The position numbers were made by a program, and so were the translations under genes. Positions 33,930 through 52,861 of a stretch of 64,000 bases of DNA are shown in pieces. The first letter of the stretch is position 1, and each line of letters begins with the position of its first letter. The stretch lies in NCBI RefSeq assembly GCF_009914755.1, contig NC_060936.1. One strand, 5' to 3'. The stretch is from the human T2T-CHM13v2.0 reference genome, Homo sapiens. The notes below the pieces were generated by a model that ran no database searches, was not told the DNA's origin, and saw nothing but the letters and a program-made list of their open reading frames with translations.

Positions 33930-35184
33930 TAACAGAAGAGGACCTTGAATGCTGAAGCTTCACAGGGCGGCCAAACTAACTCGCTGATTTTTGCAAGACC
34001 ACAGTGTAAAGGTCGGATGTCCACCTGAAGAAGGGGTGGGTGCAACTCTCTGGGTGCTGCACACACCATGACCAGCCTGGGCATGCAGCACCCCAGCTCC
34101 CATCCATTCACACTGGTTGCCTTTGTGAGGTCCATTTTGAGAGGGCTTTCAGAGGCCTTTTTAATGAGAAAAAAAAATAGCTGTTCTACAAAGAACCTAA
34201 GATACATACACTCCTATTTATCAAGATGGCTAGTCCAGAGCAAACATTACATCATAGGCCATGGGGGTTGTCACTTAGCTGCATGCTAAGAATCCTCATA
34301 TGCTGCTTTGAAAACGCCATAAAAAACTAAGATGCCCTCATACACAGAAAAGAGGAGTTGGGCCAACAGCCTGCGAGAGAAGATCCTTCCCAACTCTGCC
34401 ATTCTTACTGCAGGAGGGTTTGTAATGCTTCCCCACTTCCTCAGGTCCAGCGACTGCACCTCCACCACTGGAGTGGGGGACACTTCCATTGCTGATGGAA
34501 GCTGCCTACTGCTTTTAAAAACACACACATGAGCTGAGAAGTTCTGCTGAAGGTGGGGAGAGTGCTGCTCTTGGCTGCCAGCCGGGTCTAGCGGCCCTAA
34601 CAAGGGAAACTGGCTGATACAAAATGGATCACTGCCTGAGATATATGAACTGGACTGAGGATAGAAGTTGCATCCGCTGGGCAAAATGTGCCAAAGAACA
34701 GAAAGTACTTTCAATTTATTCTTTTAGGCACCAAGAATAAATAAATCCTAAGAAAACTTACGGTAAGCTTGACATAACCAAACTCAGGCTAAAGGAGACA
34801 CAAGAGGATGAACGCCCTAAGCTTTCAGCCAGGTTTGTCAGTTTTAACACACATCTCACCCAATTCTGCAAGAAGTTTACAAACAATTCAACTTAAAAAA
34901 CATTCAGAAGTACTATCATTATACCCTTTCCCTCAATGCCATCTTACATTTTAGGGATAAGTTTTAAGCCAAACTATAAGGCTACCTGGAATGCTGAGAC
35001 AACACACAAATTCTGCTGAGTCCCCGTCACAGACTACTTCTGAAGGTCACCAGTGAGGGCCTAAACAAGAGTCCACTTCTTGTTAGTATAATAACTTTTT
35101 ATTTGACATCTACAAGATTTTGGCATCTTGCAGCTTTTTACCAGGTTTATACAATCTCGATTTTTCAATAGTGCAACCTGTGGA

Positions 35185-35215
<31 letters not shown>

Positions 35216-36461
35216 GAAAAAAAGAAAAGAAAGAAAAAGAAAGAAAAGATAAAAAGACCAACTGTCCCCTCACTTGTTTTTATAAACATCTATTATAGGC
35301 GAAACAAAACTTACCCATATTATATAGATAAGTGTCTATTCACATTTGTACATTACCATTTTTAACAGCTTGAGATAAACTCTACGTCTTACAACACATT
35401 AAACAATATTCAAGTTACTGAGTAACAACAATAACAACAATAACAAAAGAACACACAGCAGAAGCCTCAAGTGTTTCCTCATTGTCTACAACTCAGGTAT
35501 GGTTTCCTTTTTATGAGTGACAAAGCAAATTAAGATAATGAAGTAAAAAACGATTGTTTGCAAGATGAAAGCCAATTTGTACTTCCTTCTAAAACTACCT
35601 TTAAGTTGCAAATGTAAATTTAAGAGGCTCATAGCCATTTCTGCAGCACACATTAGGAATACTATTAATACATTAAAATTAACTTTTAAGAGTTTTATCA
35701 CAGAAAAATGTATGTATTCATTACCTTGACCAGAAACCCAGGGCAGGGAGAAGGGGAAGGAGGGGTCTGCAGGGTTTGAAGCAATACCCAGGTATAAACA
35801 CTATAAAAATGCAATAACCAATGCTGTACATCTAACAAATGTTTCTCTCTGTTACTCGACTCCTGTGTTAATCTTGTTTCAGCATGCTTCCAAAGACATG
35901 CACTGTCAGAACAAAAATTAGAAAATAACCTGAATGCATGATATGCAACCTTTCATTTCATGCTTTAATAAACCTATTAAGTTGGAAAAAGAAACCAATA
36001 TATATTTTCTATATTTATAGACTCAAAACACATGCATCCGGGGATACCTCCCACAGCAATGGCATGGATGTACTGCGTTAACCCTGAGCACTGTATAAAC
36101 ATAAAGTAAAGCCAGTTTGGGAAGTTCCAAGCATTTTAAACCAACTGTGGTCTGTAGCCTTTAACACACTCACAAACAGACTGACACACACGCACACACA
36201 CATCCCCCTCTGCTCACCCGAAGTAAAAGCAGATGGGAATTATCAGGGGAGAAGCTAAAGGAAAGACATATGTACCACCATCAGCACTGCTGATTTTCAG
36301 TTTTGCTATCTATTCCAGGTTTGTCCTTACTCCCAAAAAAACTAACTAGAGAGCACAACTGAAAAAAATATATAATTCTTTGGAAACTGTCCCTGATTTT
36401 TATGCAAATGATATGCTTCAACAGCATTTCAGATCCATCCATGTTGAAACCTGTCTGTTCT

Positions 36462-36604
36462 TCATGCGTTGCTCAAGTTGGTGATGCTCTGAGGGTGATG
36501 CTGTTGCCATAGCTGTTTCTGTTGGACCGCAAGCTGTTGAGACTGGTCTGAAGTTGATAGGAGATTTACAAGAGGAGACACACAATTTGCCGGAATGATC
36601 AAAC
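36462..36604 (-). CDS. SBNO1: SBNO1 last coding exon [47 protein letters not shown]
   Basis: 143 nt to TGA at 36464-36462; frame closes correctly. Confidence 0.96.
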
Positions 36605-37067
36605 CTGTAATTAGTAACAAGAATTTATCAAGTTGTGTCCAGAAGAAACCACACTGTACAGCTTCACAGCAGATTCCAAATGAGGCATAATATTAAGCGT
36701 AATGGACAAGAAGTTCACACAAAAATTAAACGACTACCTAATAAATGAAATGGCCATTGAGATGTAGTCTGATTCTTCCACAGCATTTCCCACAAATACC
36801 CAAGCATATGCATGTGTTTAGTGTAATGCTATCTTGTTGGAGGAATAGGAAGTCAAGAATATCTATTATTCTCTTTTTAACAGGAGGTTAAGAATATCTA
36901 TTATTCTATGTATTATCTTTTAATGCACCAAAAGACTACAGAACAGAAGTTGCAAATTCAAATGCTAACCGAAACAGGTTAACTTAGAAGAGCAGATACT
37001 AGCAAACTGGAAAGGATACTCTCTGGGTGCTGGTTAAGGGAACTTTAAGTCCTGCATGTAGGATTGA

Positions 37068-37211
<144 letters not shown>

Positions 37212-37621
37212 TGAAGTGATTCTCCTGCCTCAGCCTCCCAAGTAGCTGAGACTACAGGCACCTGCCACCACGCCTGGTTAATTTTTGTATTTTTAGTAGA
37301 GACAGGGTTTCACGATGTTGGCCAGGATGATCTCGATCTCTTGACTTCATGATCCACCTGCCTCGGCCTCCCAAAGTGCTGGGATTATAGGTGTGAGCCA
37401 CCGTGCCCGGCCCTATTTGTTTTTTTTTTAAATAGAGACAAGGTCTCACTGTGTTGCCTAGGCTGGTCTCAAACTCCTGGACTCCAGCAATCCTCCTGCC
37501 TCAGCCTCCCAAAATGCTGGGATTACAAGGTGAACTACCATGCCCAGCTGATGGGCTGCTTTTGAAACTGGAAATCTAGACTTTTATATGAAACCTCTTG
37601 ATTTTTAAATGTTGGCAATTA

Positions 37622-37915
<294 letters not shown>

Positions 37916-38531
37916 TCAAATGAAAACCTACAACATCCCAAAATACTGGTGTCCAAAAAAAAAAAAAAAAAAAAAATTCCATAGACTGACTTTGGCCCAT
38001 GAACTCCCGATATGCAATCCGTGGTAGAGGAAGGCTGCTGTAAGCGAAACCAAGATAAGCAAACAGAGTCCAGTTGCTGCCCTGCTTCCTGGACACCTGT
38101 AGTTGAGCACACGGTGAGAATAGCTGGCCTAGTCTACCCTTGCTCCCTGCAGGACACCAAGCCATTCTCTGTGCACAGTGGCTTTTGAATTCCAGAGTCT
38201 TAAGTTAGCTCAATGGAGAACTCCTGGGCAAGAGGCTGAACTGTCTACACACCAGGGAGCCTGCACAGCCACCAAGAGTAGAGAAGGAGAGCAAGAGCAG
38301 CTGAGAGCAGCATCAAAGAGATGACCACATCATAACTTCAACCAGAACCAACAATGTCTGTTTGAAGGCTTAACTTCTGTTCAACCTTGTAAGAAATATA
38401 AAACGGGTCCCATACCCACTACTGGAAGAGATGTTAGATGCATGTGGAATAAAGCTAAGATATTAGCAATGAGAAAAAAGTCGGATCCGATTTTTTCCTG
38501 CAACTCAAACCAAAACAAAAATTAGACTCAC

Positions 38532-38725
38532 CTACAATCCGTTGCCCATCTTCCGTTCTTAGCCGCACGATCTGCATCTTCACGTTTGTGCCACTGACAG
38601 ATGCTAGAACACCCTCAACTTTTGTCCAGACACTCAGCACTGAACCACATAATACATAATATGTACGGCAACGAAGACCTATTTCACAAACTAGCCCCAA
38701 GCTTGCTTTTTTGCAATTGCCGCGC
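38532..38725 (-). CDS. SBNO1: SBNO1 penultimate exon [64 protein letters not shown]
   Basis: 194 nt; AG/GT. Confidence 0.96.
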
Positions 38726-38839
38726 CTAAGAAAAATGGGAAAGAAATACATATGAGTGTCTATATATGCACACAGACACGTTTCTAAAAGATTTACAAGG
38801 TCAACTCAAATTTCTTTTCTTTTCTTTTTTTTTTGTTGA

Positions 38840-39187
<348 letters not shown>

Positions 39188-39734
39188 TAGCATTTCCAAT
39201 TTAAGGTATCAGGCTGATTTTTAAAACCACGATTTTTTCAGGGGCCTGCCTCCCAATAAAAAGGGTTGAATTTATTGTGTTTGCTATCTGTTGAAGCATT
39301 TTAGTCATTTTAATATCCATTATTTTACTGCAATATTGCTACTTTATAAAATGATCTTGCTAGCCGGGCAGGGTGGCTCATGCCTGTAATCACAGCTCTT
39401 TGGGAGGCTGAGGAGGGAGTATTGTTCGAGTTCAGGAGTTTGAGACCAGCCTGTGCAACATGGCGAGGCTCTATCTCTACAAAAAGTTTAAAATAATTAG
39501 GTATGGTGGCTCATGCCTGTAACCCCAGCACTTTGGGAGGCTGAGGCATGCAGACAGCTTGAGACCAGGAGTTTGAGATCAGCCTGGCCAACGTGGAGAA
39601 ACCTCATTTCTACTGAAAATACAAAAATTAGCCAGGTATGGGCTGGGTGCGGTGGCTCACGCCTGTAATCCCAGCACTTTGGGAGGACAAGGCCGGCTGA
39701 TCACAAAGTCAGGAGACTGAGACCATCCTGGCTA

Positions 39735-39983
<249 letters not shown>

Positions 39984-41064
39984 TCAGCACTTTGGGAGGC
40001 TGAAGCAGGCAGATCATGAGGTCAGGAGATCCAGAGCATCCTGGCTAACATGGTGAAACCCCGTCTCTACTAAAAATACAAAAAATTTGCAGGGTGTGGT
40101 GGCGGGCACCTGTAGTCCCAGCTACTCGGGAGGCTGAGGCAGAAGAATGGCGTAAACCTCAGAGGCGGAGCTTGCAGTGAGCCAAGATCAGGCCACTACA
40201 CTCTGGCATGGGCGACACAGCAAGACTCTGTCTTCAAAAAAAAAAAAAAAAAACAAAAAAGCCAAGTGTGTTGGCGCATGCCTGTAATCCCAGCTACTCA
40301 GGTGGTTGAGGCACGAGAATCGCTTGAACCTGGGAGGCAGAAGGTGCAGTGAGCCAAGATGGTGCCATTGCACTCAAGCCCTCTGTTTAAAAAAGAAAAA
40401 AGATCCTGAGAGATCCTGCCATGAAAAAACAAGCAATACCTGTGAAAAGAAAAGAAGGAGGGGGGAAGATCCTGCCAGTTATTTCTATATTATGAAACTA
40501 CTGATACACTGGTTCTAAATCACATTAGTGGGAAGGACTCAGCAATCTAGAGAGATGGAAAGGGGTGGGAGGGGAGCGAGAGGCTACATGTAAATTTAAG
40601 AAGAAATGAGAAAAAGGAGAAATACCATCAATGTTTTCTGGTTAAAATTATCTTCAGAATATTCATCAATAAAGATGCCCTTCTGGTTAGTACTAACTCA
40701 AGACGAATCTAATACAGTGTTAAATGTAGGTATATAGGACACTTTTCTTGCTATAACTCAAAGCAAATGTTTGTTGTTTTTTAAGTTAATTTTTTGTAGA
40801 GATGGAGTCTTGCTGTGTTGAGGAGGTTGGTCTCAAACTCCCGGCCTCAAGCAATCCTCTCATCTTGATCTCCCAAAGTGCTAGGAGCCACTGCACTGTC
40901 CCCAGAGGAAATGTTTTAGAAAATGTTTAGGCCAGGCGCAGTGGCTCAAGCCTGTAATCCCAGCACTCTGGGAGGCAGAGGCAGGCGGATCACGAGGTCA
41001 GGAGATCAAGACCATCATGGCTAACACGGTGAAACCCCGTCTCTACTAAAAATACAAAAAATTA

Positions 41065-41301
<237 letters not shown>

Positions 41302-41367
41302 TCAGGAGTTCGAGACCAGCTTGGCCAACATGGTAAAACCCTGTCTCTACTAAAAATACAAAAATTA

Positions 41368-41780
<413 letters not shown>

Positions 41781-42673
41781 TGAATTCCTGGACTCATGTG
41801 ATCCATCTCGACCTCTCAAAGTGCTGGTACTACCAGCAAGCCAATGGTGCCTAGCCAGCCTACCTTTTAAAACATTTTATCTTACAGATTTTTTCTAATT
41901 TTCAGTGGCACTAATTTACTCTCATAATGAAAACCAAAAGCACTACTCACATCAAAGCCAACTTATCTACCTGCAGAACAGCCCAAACAATCAAAACAAA
42001 CAAAAAGCCCCTCAAGCTAAAATTCATTTACATCTCATATTCCTTTTCATGAAGTGGGCCAGATACTGTAAGAGCATTAACTACTTAATGAGGGAGAGAA
42101 CAATGAGAAGAAAACTATGATTTGCAGAGTATAAGAGTATACGAGGTCACAAAGTGAACACTGTAAGCCAAGGGGTGAGGGGGCACAGCAGGAAGAGCTC
42201 CAAGACTCAACAACAAAAGTTTGCATGTGCTGTGCTATTAACTTTGGGAATCTCCCTGGTTTCTTAGACATTCCCTAGATCTGGGACACCAGTAAAGCTT
42301 TTTTAAAAAAGAGAGGAAGAAAGAAAAGAGCCCAGCTACTCAGGAGGCTGAGATGGGAGGAGTTTGAGGCTGCAGTGAGCTATGATTGCTGCACTGTACT
42401 CCAGCCTAGGTGATATAGGGAGACTGTCTCTTTAAAATAACCAACCAAACAAAAAAACATGAAGGGAGAGTGACAGAAGGAGGGCGAAAAAGTGGTTTGT
42501 TTTTTTTTTTAAGAGACAGTTTTTGCTCTTGTTGCCCAGGCTGGAGTGCAGTGGTGCAATCTCGGCTCACCACAACCTCCGCCTCCCGGGTTCAAACAAT
42601 TCTGCCTCGGCCTCCTGAATAGCTGAGATTACAGGCATGCGCCACCACACCCAGCTAATTTTTTTTTTAGTAG

Positions 42674-43098
<425 letters not shown>

Positions 43099-43377
43099 TG
43101 AAAAAGCAAGTTCTAATATGAAGGATAACTGTTAAGGTCATGCTGCCAGACAACAGTTGGCTGGAAATAAGAAAGCATCAGTGAAGAGTAAGGAGGTACA
43201 TAAACTAAACAGTTTCTAGTCTACAACTGTCCAGTAAATATTCCTGATGGAACACACCACGCCTGACAATACTTAATCTGTTAGTTAATTCATGAGGACA
43301 TACTGATAAAGAGTGAAGGTGTATTTAAATCTCAATTAAATTTTGGAAAATTTGGTAGGAAACACGAAAATACTAAC

Positions 43378-43454
43378 CAATAAGCATGAGTACAAGTATC
43401 TGCAGATGAATTATACTGATCTAACCAGTGCATCAGGGCATCATCTGAGACGAC
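43378..43454 (-). CDS. SBNO1: SBNO1 exon [25 protein letters not shown](W)
   Basis: 77 nt; CAG acceptor; TTG|GTTAGT donor. Confidence 0.94.
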
Positions 43455-43904
43455 CTGTAAAAATGAGAAGAATTTCATTGAAAACAGTATTGCTTTAAAT
43501 AAACTGGTTACCTAGTCTGGTCTGTAATTCTAGAGGTAGCCAATTTAAAATAATCTCTACACAAAAAGCCTAACCCTTGCTATTAACTGAATCTGAACGC
43601 CATTTGAAAAGCTCTGTCATGCTGGTTCCTCTTATGTAATACATTTTTCAAATAACTACTTAACTATAATTGTTTTCAAATCAGAATGGCTACAAATAAT
43701 AATATAAGGTAATATTAATAAAATAAAACCTAATAGTAAATGTTAGGAAAAGTGGTCGCTTAACATTTTCTATAAATCATTGCAAAATATAAACATAGAG
43801 GCATCCTCACAATAAAACTAAGAGGTAGTGAGAAGGGCTTTAAACATTCTAACTTTTGTGATTAGCACTGGAAGCTTCCTTTACTGAAGAGATAAGCTGT
43901 TTCA

Positions 43905-44054
<150 letters not shown>

Positions 44055-44057
44055 CTA

Positions 44058-44231
<174 letters not shown>

Positions 44232-44809
44232 TTAGCATAACAAAAGTTGACACTTTCCTTAAACCAGGCTGGGTGCGGTGGCTGACACCTGTTAATTCTA
44301 GCACTTTGGGAGGCAGAAGTGGACAATCACTTGAGCCCATGAGTTCCAGACCAGCTCAGCCTCTGCAACACAGTGAGACCTCATTTAAAAAAAAAGAAAG
44401 AAAGAAAAAGAAAATATAATTTCATACCTAGAAAAGCTATCTTAAACAATTTCAATATATTATAAAATAAGTATTCTTTTTTTTTTTTTTTTTTTTTTTT
44501 GAGACGGAGTCTTGCTCTGTCTCCCTGGCTGGAGTGCAGTGGTGCAATCTCGGCTTACTGCAAGCCTCCTCCACTTCACAGGTTAAAGTGATTCTCCTGC
44601 CTCAGCCTCCTGAGTAACTGGGATTACAGGCATGCAACACTACGCCTGGCTATCTTTTCTATCTTTAGTAGAGATGAGGTTTCGCCATATGGGCCAGGCT
44701 GGTCTCAAACTCCTGACCTCAGGTGATCCAACCGCCTTGGCCTCCCAAAGTACTAAGATTACAGGCGTGAGCCACTGTGCCCAGCTAAAGTAAGTATTCT
44801 TTTTTTTGA

Positions 44810-45028
<219 letters not shown>

Positions 45029-45137
45029 TGATCTGCCCACCTCGGCCTCCCAAAGTGCTGAGATTACAGGTGTGAGCCACATTGCCTGGCCCAAAGTAAG
45101 TATTCCTATATAATATAATGTACAAATGAAAAAATAC

Positions 45138-45275
45138 CTTCTTATATTTCTTTTTTAGATCAGCATAAATTTCTAATTTGAGCTGCTTCCCAGTATTTGG
45201 TCGATAAACTAAGAAAAGTTTCTTTTTAGGATTCACTTCTTTAACTAAGATGGCAGTTTTCTTGTTGTTCCTTAT
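45138..45275 (-). CDS. SBNO1: SBNO1 exon [46 protein letters not shown]
   Basis: 138 nt; AG/GT. Confidence 0.95.
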
Positions 45276-48177
45276 CTGTTTAAAGAAAATGACAAAATAT
45301 AAAGATTTTATAATACACACTTTAAGACATGTTTCTGTACCATCACGTCAGCAAACATAATCATTTGAGACTATAACACTAAGTAAGTACACGGTAACTT
45401 CAAAAAGGACCGAAAATGCTTGTTTAAAAGACTAACACAGTCACACCCAAGAGGCAGTTATTGGACCTTAATTCTGGCTAAAGATGAAGGTTAAAGACCA
45501 AAGTTATCTTCAGAAAACTACGTGGAATTAGCTTTAATGCACAAATGTCCAACACAGATCATTTTGCTTCTTTTATTTCCTGTACCTGGAATCCCAGTCA
45601 AGCAGCCTCAGAGAGGTAAGAAAAACCAAGTGTAATAAAATGTTAACAGTGGAATCCAGGCAGTAGGCATTAGGGGTCTTCAGAGAAAATTCTTTAAGCT
45701 CTGCTGTATGTTTTTAAACATTTCTCAGTAAAATGGAAAAAGAAATGTTACTCTCCTTTCAAGTTAACAATAGAATTCAAGCCCCTCCAAGATAAGGCCT
45801 TGGATGGCCCCAGTCCTCTGCACTTGTCTACTCCGTCAGTACTGCCTTTCCCGATGTCACAGGGTTTTGAAGGGCAAAGTGAGAGATCACATGATAAAGT
45901 GTTCTGTAAACATCAAAGCTGCTATGGCAGCAGAAAGCAAAAATGTTGAACAAATTGTCCACACATATGGAGGTAAAAATGGAAGAAAGGGAAGCATTAG
46001 AGAAATGTTGGAATTTAGGTATGTATTTTTAACTTTTTTTTTTGTTTTTGAGACAGTCTTGCTCTGTCACCAGCCTGGAGCACAAGGGCGCGATCTCGGC
46101 TCACTGCAAGCTCCGCCTCCCAGGTTCAAGGCGATTCTCCTGCCTCAGCCTCCCGAGTAGCTGGGACTACAGGTACTCACCACCATGCCTGGCTAATTTT
46201 GTATTTTTAGTAGAGATGGGGTTTCTCCATGTTGGCCAGGCTGGTCTCAAACTCCTGACCTCAGGTGATCCACCCGCCCCGGCCTCCCAAAGTGCTAGGA
46301 TTACAGACGTGAGCCACCACGCCTGGCCTATTTTTAACTTTTTAAAGTTGGATTTATGAGAAAAACTTTAAGAGGAAGGAGTTACTCTTAAAACTCCATT
46401 TAACTCAAGGAAAAACAACTGGAAAATTCATTTCTTCTTTATAAAGACTGAACAGCTTCTAAACAATCATTTCTGGAGCAAAACGGAAGGAAAAAGAAAA
46501 GTTTCAAAGTAAAACCATTTTCCCAGCCCTCTACACAATAAATCATTGTTTGCGGGGCTATTAACTTTTTATATTCATTCTTATAATGAAAAACACAATA
46601 TTTTACTTTCCTCTTCATGGATATTAAAGACCCTTGGTCTCTTACTTTTTCCAACGAATTGAAACATTGTTTATATAATTACTGTAAAGTCATAAAACAA
46701 TGGTTAAGGTGAAGATTATATTTAAAATTATTTATCAGCTGACAGGAAATATCCAAACCTATACTTAGAGGATAGTGTTTAAGACACTTAACAATGGGCT
46801 CTGTCTTGACAGTGTCAGGTTAATTATACATCATCACAGAACAGTGGAAAGTGATTCTGACATTGTTTTCCCAATGGCAGCACAGGCTACACACACTGAA
46901 AAGTATGGTGGCCTAATGCAGTGGAGGTTCAAAGGCAAACGAAGACCAGGAATGAGGTCTCTAGGACCACCACTCCTCACGCCCAGCCACCTGTTGCCAC
47001 ACAGAGAATGAAGGACCAGTATTATCACATCCTTCAACCTAAGAGAAGCTGGGGATCAGGACTTTCATCACAATCTACCAACGGTGATATTCTGGCAATA
47101 ATTTCAATTTAAAAATAATAACCAAGAGCCAGGTGCAGTGGTGCATGCCTGTAATCCCAGCTATTCAGGTGGACAAGGTGAGAGGATGGATCAAGCCCAG
47201 GAGGAGTTCGAGACTGTCCTGAAAATAACCAACACCTTATGTGGACCAATCAAAATTGCATCTATGGGGGATAGCCGAGTAAAATACTTGAATTCTACCA
47301 ATATCAACATCTTGGTTGTGATATTACACTACAGTTTTAAAAAATATTACCACTGGGGTAACTGATAAAAGTATGCAAGATGTTTATCTGTACTGTTTCT
47401 TATAATGACATGCAAATCAACCTACAGTTCAATCAGTATTTCAAAAACCCCAAAACCAGCAAGGCACAGTAGCTCACAACTGTAATCCAGCACTTTGGGA
47501 GGCCGAGGTGGGAGGATCATTTAAGCCTAGGAGTTTGAGACCAGCCTGGACAACACAGTGAGACATCAACTGCATTAAAAAAAAAAAAAAAAAAAAAAGC
47601 CAAATGTGGTGGAGTGTACCTGTGGTCCCAGCTACTTAAGAGGCTGAGGTGGGAGGATTGTCTGAGCCCAGGAGGTTGAAGCTGCAGTGAGCCATGATCA
47701 CGCACGCCACTGCTTATCAGCCTGGGTGACAGAGCGAGCGAGATCCCATTACAAAAAACAAAACCAAACCAAAAAACCCCAACTCAACTAGGAGCCAGAT
47801 CCTTTGAGAGCTTTTCTCTAGGTCAAGGATCAGCAGCTTAGGCCTGTGGAATAAATCTAGCTTGGCACTCCTAAACTGAAGTAAGATTAAGAAGGAATGA
47901 AGGAAGGTGGGAAAAAAAAGAGAAAGGAAGGAAGGAAAACACAGAGGACATGCAATATAGACCACATATGGCCTACAAAACCATACATATCAGACCTTCA
48001 TAGAAAAAGTTTAGCAACTCCTGCCCTAGATCATTTATGACTTCATCCTGCCTGTGCCATCATCATACATGTAGGTACTTCATATGAGCAAGAACCAGGT
48101 CTTACTTGCAGTCACTCCATAAATATTTGTAAACAGAAAGCAAAATATGTTATATACAACCAATGAAATATTACTCA

Positions 48178-48744
<567 letters not shown>

Positions 48745-49007
48745 CTACATACTGTTGAGTATCTACACATACATGTATAGATGTGTGCGCACACACACCC
48801 CTTAGTTCTGTCCACAGAGACAAATCATAACTGAAAGAATGTAGCTATTTTACTAACTGAAAAATGAGTCTTAAAGATATAAAGCATTATTAAGACTAAA
48901 GTAAGTCTCTGTCTTATGAAAAATGCTTAATTTAAGAAAATGTTGGCCAGGTGCAGTGGCTCAAGCCTGTAATCCCAGCACTTTGGGAGGCCAAGGCGGG
49001 CAGATCA

Positions 49008-49244
<237 letters not shown>

Positions 49245-49865
49245 TCAGCCAGGTGTGGTGGCTCACATCTATAATTCCTTTGGGAGGACAAGGCAGGCAG
49301 ATCACCTGAGGTCAGGAGTTCGAGACCAGCCTGGCCAACATGGTGAAACTTCACCTCTACTAAAAATAAAAAAATTAGGCTGGGCACAGTGGCTCACGCC
49401 TCTAATCCCAGCACTTTGGAAGGCCGAGGCAGGCAGGTCACCTGAGGTCGGGAGTTTGAGAACAGCCTGACCAAAGTGAAGAAACCCCGTCTCTACTAAA
49501 AATACATGTCAGCCAGGCCTAGTGGCACATGCTTGTAATCTCAGCTACTCGGGAGGCAGAGGATGAGGTGAGCTGAGATCGTGCCATTGCACTCCAGCCT
49601 GGGCAACAAAGAGCGAAACTCTGTCTCAGAAAGAAAAAAAAAGAAGAAAATGTAACAATTCTAAACCCACACCTAATAACATCCTTTAAAATGCATTAAG
49701 TAAAAACATAACACAAATGGACAAACACACAATTACAATGATAAATTACCAAAATAGACAAAGCTAAACACAACTGGGAAACAGGTACAAAGTGAAGAGA
49801 CAATTACAATGCTGGCCATTAAAAAGTATTATATATCTGAATAGAATTTAAAGGAAAAGTCGTAC

Positions 49866-49958
49866 TTGCAATGACAAGTAAAAGCCATCGTCTGGTCCTG
49901 TCAGCTCAGCCCAAATCTTGGTAGCTTCCTCCCATGACATTCCCCTCTCTACACTAAT
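49866..49958 (-). CDS. SBNO1: SBNO1 exon [31 protein letters not shown]
   Basis: 93 nt; AG/GT; follows an 86-nt intron. Confidence 0.95.
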
Positions 49959-50044
49959 CTGTAAGAGAAACAACGAAATTTAAACTCATTTCTGTAAATG
50001 CATCTCATGGGAAGACGATACTTCACAACACTTTCTAAACTTAC

Positions 50045-50139
50045 TGTGTATAATTCTACGTGGCCAGAGGTTGAATATCCTGGAGTCAGAAACTTTTTAA
50101 CATCACTTTTCCGCACTTTTTCATCTCCAGAACCAAGAT
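50045..50139 (-). CDS. SBNO1: SBNO1 exon [32 protein letters not shown]
   Basis: 95 nt; AAG acceptor; ACA|GTAAGT donor. Confidence 0.95.
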
Positions 50140-50265
50140 CTTGAACAAGAAAAAGAAACATGTAAATGTAAAAAGAACATTTTTATCAGGTACACACGTT
50201 TAAAGAATTTCTCCACTCCACATTTTCCCTGGGGACATTGTGGGGGGGAAATTTTCCCTACTTAC

Positions 50266-50412
50266 CTAAGATTCCCATATCATATCTTCCATTTTTTTTG
50301 GCATTTTGAACAACTGCAGTAAGTGTGTCCGCAAAATACTGAAATAACGCATTCTGCTGATGCACCTCCATGCCTAAAATTCTATTTAAGAATTTTCCTA
50401 TGTTGTTATAAT
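50266..50412 (-). CDS. SBNO1: SBNO1 exon [49 protein letters not shown]
   Basis: 147 nt; AG/GT. Confidence 0.95.
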
Positions 50413-51019
50413 CTGTAATGACAAAAGATAAACGTTTTCATGCAAATGATAATTAAAAATTTTTTATTCATCTAGGCTTAGTTCAAGTCCCACTTTCTCT
50501 TCTAAAAGTCTTCCTTCTTAACTCTTACACTGTCCTCACAACAAGGCTGTAATCTGCCCATTTCTCTCTCTAGCAATTAGCACCACTGCAGGACACGCTC
50601 AAAAGAGGTTTGTCAAATTGAATTTTTGCATCTTCAGCCTCACTTATGGAAAGTATGAACACAATTCAGTACATAAGAAAGTTAGTTCTCCAACACTGAA
50701 TTCTCAACTGTAGTGGCACTATTAGAATGTCTGGGAGCTTTGGAAAACTACCGATGTCTGAGCTCCACCCGACTTCAGTAATTTTTCGTTTTGTTTTGTT
50801 TCTTGAGACGGAGTCTTGCTCTGCTGTTGCCCAGGCTGGAGTGCAGTCATGCAATCTTGGCTCACTGCAACCTCCCCCTGCCAGATTCAAGCAGTTCTCC
50901 TGCCTCAGCCTCCTGAGTAGCTGGGATTACAGGCGCCCGCCACTATGCCTGGATAATTTTTGTATTTTTAGTAGAGACAGGGTTCCACCATCTTGGCCAT
51001 GATGGTCTTGGACTCCTGA

Positions 51020-51325
<306 letters not shown>

Positions 51326-51610
51326 TGATCTACCCACCTCAGCCTCCCAAGGTGCTGGGATTACAGGCGTGAGCCACCGTGCCCAGCAGACTTCAGTAAT
51401 TTTTAAAAGCTTGAGAGCTGATCATATCAGCAGCCAGTGCTGAAAACTGCTTCTCTATGCATGGATCTTTTACACATACCCCACAGCAGCCAAAACCACC
51501 CAGAATGTTTTAAGAACATGAAGCTTCCCCTTCAGCTCAAAAGCATATATCATAATGGACTTTAATACTATAGCAACAGTTATATGCCCACACAAAGCTA
51601 ATAGTAGTAC

Positions 51611-51685
51611 CTTTATCGAGAGTAAGAATTCCCGAGCGATCTTCTACATTTATCAGGCCAACGCCTATCAGTCCTTGTCGAACAT
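51611..51685 (-). CDS. SBNO1: SBNO1 exon [25 protein letters not shown]
   Basis: 75 nt; AG/GT; frame consistent. Confidence 0.94.
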
Positions 51686-51950
51686 CTGTAAGAACAGGAT
51701 CAATTCTGACTCATAAATTACAAGGGATGTCTACAATGTACCACTAAGTGAGAAAAGTATGTTGTAAGTAGTATCATGCCATTTTAAAAAAACACCTTGA
51801 TATTTATATAAACATGGAGAAAATGTGGAGAGAACTGCCCTTGTTCACTCTGTCATCTGTGACCTAAGAAGGTGAGAATGGAAGGAGGGTTAAGGGGACT
51901 GTATTAACTCTCTTCATTATACATGTTAAGATTCTTTTCTTTTTTTTTGA

Positions 51951-52232
<282 letters not shown>

Positions 52233-52238
52233 TAATAA

Positions 52239-52508
<270 letters not shown>

Positions 52509-52606
52509 TGATCTCCTGAGCTTAAATGATCCACCTGCCTTGGCCTCCCAAAGTGCTGAAATTACAGGTGTGAGCCACTGCGCCTAGCCATAACCTGTAA
52601 TTTTAA

Positions 52607-52861
<255 letters not shown>

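Noticed and set aside
35486-35701. 71-aa hydrophobic ORF in the SBNO1 3'UTR
   Set aside because: Non-ATG start in AT-rich UTR sequence; composition explains the hydrophobicity
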